Shown: positions 59,767 through 64,000 of the stretch, piece by piece
Numbering within the stretch: position 1 is the stretch's first letter
Layout of the letters: every line of letters starts with the position of its first letter
Source of the DNA: an uncultured virus (IMG/VR IMGVR_UViG_3300027734_000054)
Taxonomy: Duplodnaviria > Heunggongvirae > Uroviricota > Caudoviricetes
Length of the DNA: 64,000 bases
Virus record (IMG/VR): IMGVR_UViG_3300027734_000054
Strand: one strand, 5' to 3'
The notes under the pieces: generated by a model
The model's input: only the letters and a program-made list of their open reading frames with translations
The model's database searches: none
Told to the model about the DNA's origin: nothing
Program-made: the position numbers and the translations under genes

Positions 59767-61413
59767 TTAGGCTTCTACTGAATCCCAAATGTCTATAATT
59801 GCTTTAGCAAATATTGGTTCTTTACCTGTCCATCCTGCTAATATTCCTCCTCTATAAAGAGCTTCAGGAAGCACGGTGTTATTGTAGCCACCCACCTGTA
59901 CAGTAAATAAATTAACTTTAGGATTAACCTTTTCCCTGTATTCCTGAGCCATAGCAAGTACGTCTACGTGTGTTCCCCCTCCTTTCGGGTGGATAAATTT
60001 ACTTGATCCTACTGTTTCTCTGTGTCCAAAAAGACCTCCGTGCCCTGCCTGCATATCTGAATAGATAAAGATGTTGTCGTAATGGACTTTATTTTTAATA
60101 GCTTCATCAAAGAATACCCAAATACCATTTTCTGTACCACCTCCTTGAGCTTTACCTCTTTTAGATGTTTCATCCAATTGAGTAAGAAGACCGTTTCTTT
60201 TAGATACACCTTTTAATGAAAGGTTATCTCCAAATACTCCAACCTCTCCAGAATCGGATTGTAGTGAGGTAATTAAAGAAGACAAGTTAGCAATTTCTGC
60301 CACGGTAACTGTTCCATATTCGCTATTGAAAGCTCCCCATGCAGATCCGGAGTTATCTGAAAGACAAACTGTTTTACCTTTTAACTTAGGCATATTCTCA
60401 ACAGAGATATCTAAACATTCCTCTAAAGTATCCAAAACAAGTTGTTTGTGGTGGATCTGAGAATCTGTTACTGCTCTATAAGCAGACCAATATCTAAAAG
60501 GAAATTGTTTTCCCTTAACAACACCCGATTTTAATTGTGTTAAAATTCTAGCAGTAATTGTAGGATCTTCAACTTCAGTAAAAATACCTCTAAGGTTTCT
60601 CAAAAGAGCCATGTGAGGGATTAAGATAGTATTTGTGATCTCTTCCCAAGATTTCTTTTCAGATCTTAAATTCTCCCAAGTTTTTTCCCGTTCTGTTATT
60701 TTTAATGTACCAGTTGACATTAGTTCGTTAATGTCCTCGCTTTTACCGTGGGAAATACGAACAAGATCTATTAATCTTTTACCTTTGTACTTATTCAATT
60801 GGTATCTAGAGAATTCAGAAAGTCTTTCTGCCCAAGTTCTTTTTACTAGTGAGGAAAGTCCTTTTTTGCTTCCGTTCTTATACATGTAGTATTCAAACTG
60901 ATTTGTTAAATCATCTGGACGTAGAGCAATTGACTTGCCTATCATTTTCATATATCCCGGATTTTCTTCGTTAAACTTCTGACGTCCTTCGTGCATACTC
61001 GCTTTCATGAATATTACAGCAGGATTTAAACGCATATAGTACTCGTTACGAAGTTCTAATGCTAAATCCAAGGTTGATTTAAAGTCGAAGTCCAATGATG
61101 CTTGTATGGCTTCCTCAAATATATCTACAACGCTCATATCGTCTTTTAAAGCTCCGGATTCGGATTTGAACATAGGAGCTAATATAGAATAGTCAAGGAT
61201 AGTGATAAGATTCTTAGGAGCACCTAATCCGTCTCTATAGTATTGTGGTTCACCAAAGATCGAAGACGCAGCAACAATCTTTAAAGTGTTTAGAGGCGAT
61301 AAAACATAAGATGTTCCTCCCATGAAGTTCTCCACTCCTAGTGCTCCGTAAGTGGAGTTTTGTAAAATTTGCATTGCTGTTTTTTTGTCAGCAAATTCGC
61401 TTATTCTTGACAT
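59767..61413 (-). CDS. rsr: Ro60 / TROVE-domain RNA-binding protein with C-terminal vWA
   Basis: N..GG.SY, R.E..MR..P, YQLNKY, L.DLVRISH, TWE, MALLRNLR, QFPFRY.SAY, D.SGS MIDAS and SDMQ motifs. Confidence 0.92.
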   Translation of the reverse strand: MSRISEFADKKTAMQILQNSTYGALGVENFMGGTSYVLSPLNTLKIVAASSIFGEPQYYRDGLGAPKNLITILDYSILAPMFKSESGALKDDMSVVDIFEEAIQASLDFDFKSTLDLALELRNEYYMRLNPAVIFMKASMHEGRQKFNEENPGYMKMIGKSIALRPDDLTNQFEYYMYKNGSKKGLSSLVKRTWAERLSEFSRYQLNKYKGKRLIDLVRISHGKSEDINELMSTGTLKITEREKTWENLRSEKKSWEEITNTILIPHMALLRNLRGIFTEVEDPTITARILTQLKSGVVKGKQFPFRYWSAYRAVTDSQIHHKQLVLDTLEECLDISVENMPKLKGKTVCLSDNSGSAWGAFNSEYGTVTVAEIANLSSLITSLQSDSGEVGVFGDNLSLKGVSKRNGLLTQLDETSKRGKAQGGGTENGIWVFFDEAIKNKVHYDNIFIYSDMQAGHGGLFGHRETVGSSKFIHPKGGGTHVDVLAMAQEYREKVNPKVNLFTVQVGGYNNTVLPEALYRGGILAGWTGKEPIFAKAIIDIWDSVEA

Positions 61414-61441
61414 ATATTTTATTTTTTAATTTTTACGCAAT

Positions 61442-61474
61442 AAAAAAGGGTTTAAACCGTAGTTCAAACCCCTT
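61442..61474 (-). terminator. Intrinsic terminator between Y-RNA array and Ro60 gene
   Basis: GGGTTTGAAC-TACG-GTTTAAACCC followed by T6. Confidence 0.8.
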
Positions 61475-61481
61475 AAAGTTA

Positions 61482-61556
61482 TATCCTGAGTATTTTGACA
61501 AAGAGCGTTGTTTCGTGTAATTGTAGTGAAGTAACTCTTTATCCCGCTTCAGAATA
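61482..61556 (-). ncRNA. Y-RNA-like RNA, short
   Basis: TATTCTGA/TCAGGATA stem, GAAGCGG, GATAAAGAG/CTCTTTGTC stem, GTTACTTC. Confidence 0.78.
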
Positions 61557-61565
61557 ATAATTTAA

Positions 61566-61651
61566 AAACCGAGAATAAATAAACAAGGATGTTTTTCGTT
61601 TAAATTGATAAGAATGTAAATGATGTAATCCTTGTTCCCGCTTCGGAGTTT
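61566..61651 (-). ncRNA. Y-RNA-like RNA, short
   Basis: CCGA/TCGG stem, GAAGCGG, AACAAGGAT/ATCCTTGTT stem, ATTACATC, TATTCTC. Confidence 0.78.
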
Positions 61652-61667
61652 ATTTTATTAATAATAC

Positions 61668-61894
61668 TTTCTTGAGAAATCTTTAAAAGGTGGTTCCTCC
61701 TTATGGGAGGTAATCATTCCCGCATTTCTAGTCAGGAGAATAAAACCGAGCTACTGTAATTCTTCTTTTAAATCCTTACGAAAATAAAAGCGCCTCATCT
61801 ATAGCAGTACTGAGACCTGGTGTAGATTAGAACCGGAGAACTAATCCTTTCGACGTTTATTGTATGGAGTAACCATTTAAACCGCTTCAAGAAA
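61668..61894 (-). ncRNA. Y-RNA-like RNA, long, with multi-hairpin insert
   Basis: TTTCTTGA/TCAAGAAA stem, GAAGCGG, TTTAAA/TTTAAA, TGGTTACTCC...GGAGGAACCA, TTTCTC. About 160-nt insert. Confidence 0.75.
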
Positions 61895-61901
61895 ATAAGT
61901 A

Positions 61902-61939
61902 TGTGAAAGAACTTTTTTTTAATAATACCTGCAAATATA
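61902..61939 (-). promoter_or_regulatory. Bacteroidota-type -7 box (TATATTTG) and boxA-like AGTTCTTTCACA upstream of the Y-RNA array
   Basis: TATATTTG at 61932-61939 and GTTCTTT at 61906-61912. Confidence 0.6.
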
Positions 61940-61948
61940 CTAAAAGTT

Positions 61949-62266
61949 TCAAATAGGATTGTGCTCCTGTAAGAAATTTTTTATTTGCTCCTCGTTTTTT
62001 ACTCCTGAAAATCTTGCAACTTCTTCGCCGTCTCTAGTTAAAACACAAGTTGGTATGTTTCTAATATTAAATCTTTTTGTGGTTTCTTCTGCTGTACCAA
62101 CCTCGGCTTTTATAAAATTATAACTCTCTGCAAGTTCAGTAGAAATTTTCTCAATAGTTGGCTTTAGCATCTTGCAAGGTCCGCACCATTCAGCTGAAAA
62201 CCATACAAGGGTTGTTTTTTTGCTATTTATTGCTTCGTTTAATTTTTCATCGCTGATAGAATCCAT
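61949..62266 (-). CDS. trxA: Thioredoxin
   Basis: WCGPC active site and cis-Pro IPT motif. Confidence 0.93.
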   Translation of the reverse strand: MDSISDEKLNEAINSKKTTLVWFSAEWCGPCKMLKPTIEKISTELAESYNFIKAEVGTAEETTKRFNIRNIPTCVLTRDGEEVARFSGVKNEEQIKNFLQEHNPI

Positions 62267-62332
62267 TAGTCTTTGATTATTTGATATGGTATATAACCAT
62301 TTAAAGGATCAGTAAAGATGTGTTTTGTGGAA

Positions 62333-62686
62333 TTATTCCACATCACTAGATACCGGACCTTCCTCAATATCAGCTTGAGGAGCTTCTAAGATTTCTTCAG
62401 GCTGCGCTTCGTTCTCCTTTTCATCTTTAATATCGGATAATCCTGGTCCTTCTAAAATTTCAGCCGCTGAATTCACGTTTAGCTTTTTAGTAAATTCTGA
62501 ACCGATTAAAAGCTGTCCTTCGCCTTCTCTAATTTCTGGAGTTTCTGTTGATTGGGTTTGCATTAATTCTTGTTGCTTTGCAATCAACTCCATCAGGTGT
62601 TTCATTTTAGTTTTTGATATTCCCTGAGGCTTCGGAGTATATTTAACCGGTTTACCTTTTTTCTTTCTTACTCTACTTTTAGGCAT
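62333..62686 (-). CDS. Hypothetical protein (basic N-terminus, acidic tail)
   Basis: 117-aa ORF with an upstream GAAAC promoter-like motif. Confidence 0.7.
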   Translation of the reverse strand: MPKSRVRKKKGKPVKYTPKPQGISKTKMKHLMELIAKQQELMQTQSTETPEIREGEGQLLIGSEFTKKLNVNSAAEILEGPGLSDIKDEKENEAQPEEILEAPQADIEEGPVSSDVE

Positions 62687-62758
62687 ATAAATTCTTTTAT
62701 TATCATACCTAAAGGGGGATGCATAGTTTCGGAATAACCCGTTTATTCTTGGATTTTC

Positions 62759-63385
62759 TTAGACAATCTCTAGATTTTTCCAGTCATCTAGCCAATCGCC
62801 TTCAAAAGATTCTAGAACTTCGGATTTTAATTGTATGTCTTTATCCTGGTTTTTAAAATGTACCTGTCCTTCCTCGAAAATATCATTAACTAGAACTGTC
62901 GGTACATTTAAAATATATGCTAGTCTTTCAGCAATTCCAACAAGATCACAAGGTTTTTCTCCTTCCGTTCTTACAAATATCCCAGATGGATTGTGTCGAT
63001 AAAATCCGGAAGTTAGTATATCTTCAACATAAATACGATTCTCTGTCTTATAAAGATCCATCTCAGGATTTTCTGCCTTGACTAATATAGTGTTATTTAG
63101 ATACCACCAATTATTAGTTGATTCCTCGCATATCCAAACTGGTATTACTTGAGACATCTTTTGTAGAAAAGATGATTGTAGATTATTGGAGTGATAAAAA
63201 GATTCTATAAAGTTACCTCTATCTACACTTGCCATTTTGAATTTGCCTTCATAAATAGCACAGGGTTCTCCTGTTCCGTCTAACATAAAACCGTCTACGT
63301 CCCACAAACAAAAATTTCCAGGAAGACATCTTCTATGTGCTTCTGAAAAAACATTTGATACCCCCCAATTTCTTTTTCTTACCAT
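62759..63385 (-). CDS. Hypothetical protein, possible PD-(D/E)XK fold
   Basis: DVDG...IYEGK pattern, weak. Confidence 0.6.
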   Translation of the reverse strand: MVRKRNWGVSNVFSEAHRRCLPGNFCLWDVDGFMLDGTGEPCAIYEGKFKMASVDRGNFIESFYHSNNLQSSFLQKMSQVIPVWICEESTNNWWYLNNTILVKAENPEMDLYKTENRIYVEDILTSGFYRHNPSGIFVRTEGEKPCDLVGIAERLAYILNVPTVLVNDIFEEGQVHFKNQDKDIQLKSEVLESFEGDWLDDWKNLEIV

Positions 63386-63443
63386 CTCAAATTACAATAA
63401 CCTTTGTTTTTTATAGATTAAACTAAGGTTTTGTTTCGTAAAT

Positions 63444-63698
63444 TTAATAATTATTAGGTAGAATACCAGATTCGTATCTAGATTTTCCGTTTTTAAGTAG
63501 AAATTCTAATTCAATCCACTGTTTGTTTGATAGTGATTTTTTTGTCTTTACTTTATCCCAAAGACCAGAGAAGAATTTATTGTATCTGTACTTCTCATGA
63601 AGCCAATCCCATAATTTCTGGTAATATTGAATTTCAGAATCAGTAAATTCCTTTCTCATCCCCTGGTTAAAATTCTCGAATAATTGGATATGATTCAT
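63444..63698 (-). CDS. Hypothetical protein with capsid-targeting-like N-terminus
   Basis: MNHIQLFENF, directly after GATATATA. Confidence 0.7.
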   Translation of the reverse strand: MNHIQLFENFNQGMRKEFTDSEIQYYQKLWDWLHEKYRYNKFFSGLWDKVKTKKSLSNKQWIELEFLLKNGKSRYESGILPNNY

Positions 63699-63720
63699 GA
63701 CTTATATATCTTAAATATTA

Positions 63721-63999
63721 TCAAAGCTTATGTATAATAAACTGTGTATTCAAATCTCCTCTAATGTACTCACCGGATAGAGCTGTGGTGGTACTTAATG
63801 TTCTAATTTTAACGTCTATCGTAGATGCTGTATCGTATATCATATCAAGAGTGGCATCACTGGTATTATAACTACCGGAGGTTGGCTGTATCTGTTCAAC
63901 AGTTGGACCCAATTGATTGTTTGAGGTGTCAAACAAAGAAAACTGTAATAAATAATTAGCAGCCATACTCCAAGATAGTCTTGCTGTTATTCTATAGGT
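63721..63999 (-). CDS. C-terminal part of a gene entering from beyond the window (beta-rich, fibre-tip-like)
   Basis: The frame is open from the window edge (TYRITARLSWSMAANY...) to the stop at 63721. Confidence 0.6.
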   Translation of the reverse strand, partial: TYRITARLSWSMAANYLLQFSLFDTSNNQLGPTVEQIQPTSGSYNTSDATLDMIYDTASTIDVKIRTLSTTTALSGEYIRGDLNTQFIIHKL

Positions 64000-64000
64000 T

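Noticed and set aside
61482..61894. Mini-CRISPR or guide array interpretation of the repeats upstream of ro60
   Set aside because: The repeats are not identical direct repeats. Conserved motifs are embedded in covarying long-range stems, there are no cas genes, and adjacency to TROVE favours Y RNAs.
62333..62686. CrgA homolog (MPKSRVRKK N-terminus)
   Set aside because: The similarity is limited to a basic N-terminal peptide and there are no transmembrane helices.

Overview
A 64-kb segment of an AT-rich, T4-like (myovirus) jumbo phage. The host is probably in Bacteroidota, inferred from TAnnTTTG promoter boxes and A-rich translation starts without Shine-Dalgarno sequences. It uses the standard genetic code, and most genes lie on the minus strand. 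The window holds fibre genes with G-X-Y repeats; replication and recombination genes (RNase H, clamp loader, ligase, gp46/47, helicase, UvsX); morphogenesis genes (two portal paralogs, gp2, gp4, terminase, sheath, two tube paralogs, neck); two sigma factors; nucleotide metabolism genes; and a large RNA locus at 51-62 kb. Main observation: 26 tRNA genes covering all 20 amino acids are split into three operons, and each operon is preceded by the same cassette of promoter, short leader ORF, antiterminator at the leader's 3' end/stop codon, intrinsic terminator and boxA. The codons of each leader match, down to isoacceptor level, the tRNAs encoded downstream of it. I infer a codon-matched attenuation system that senses loss of host tRNAs and switches on the matching phage tRNAs. 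The same locus also encodes Ro60 (TROVE) with four Y-RNA-like genes, an RNA-repair-type HAD phosphatase and two unassigned structured RNAs. A probable -1 programmed frameshift lies at 15617-15623. All calls come from reading the sequence by eye; no searches were run.
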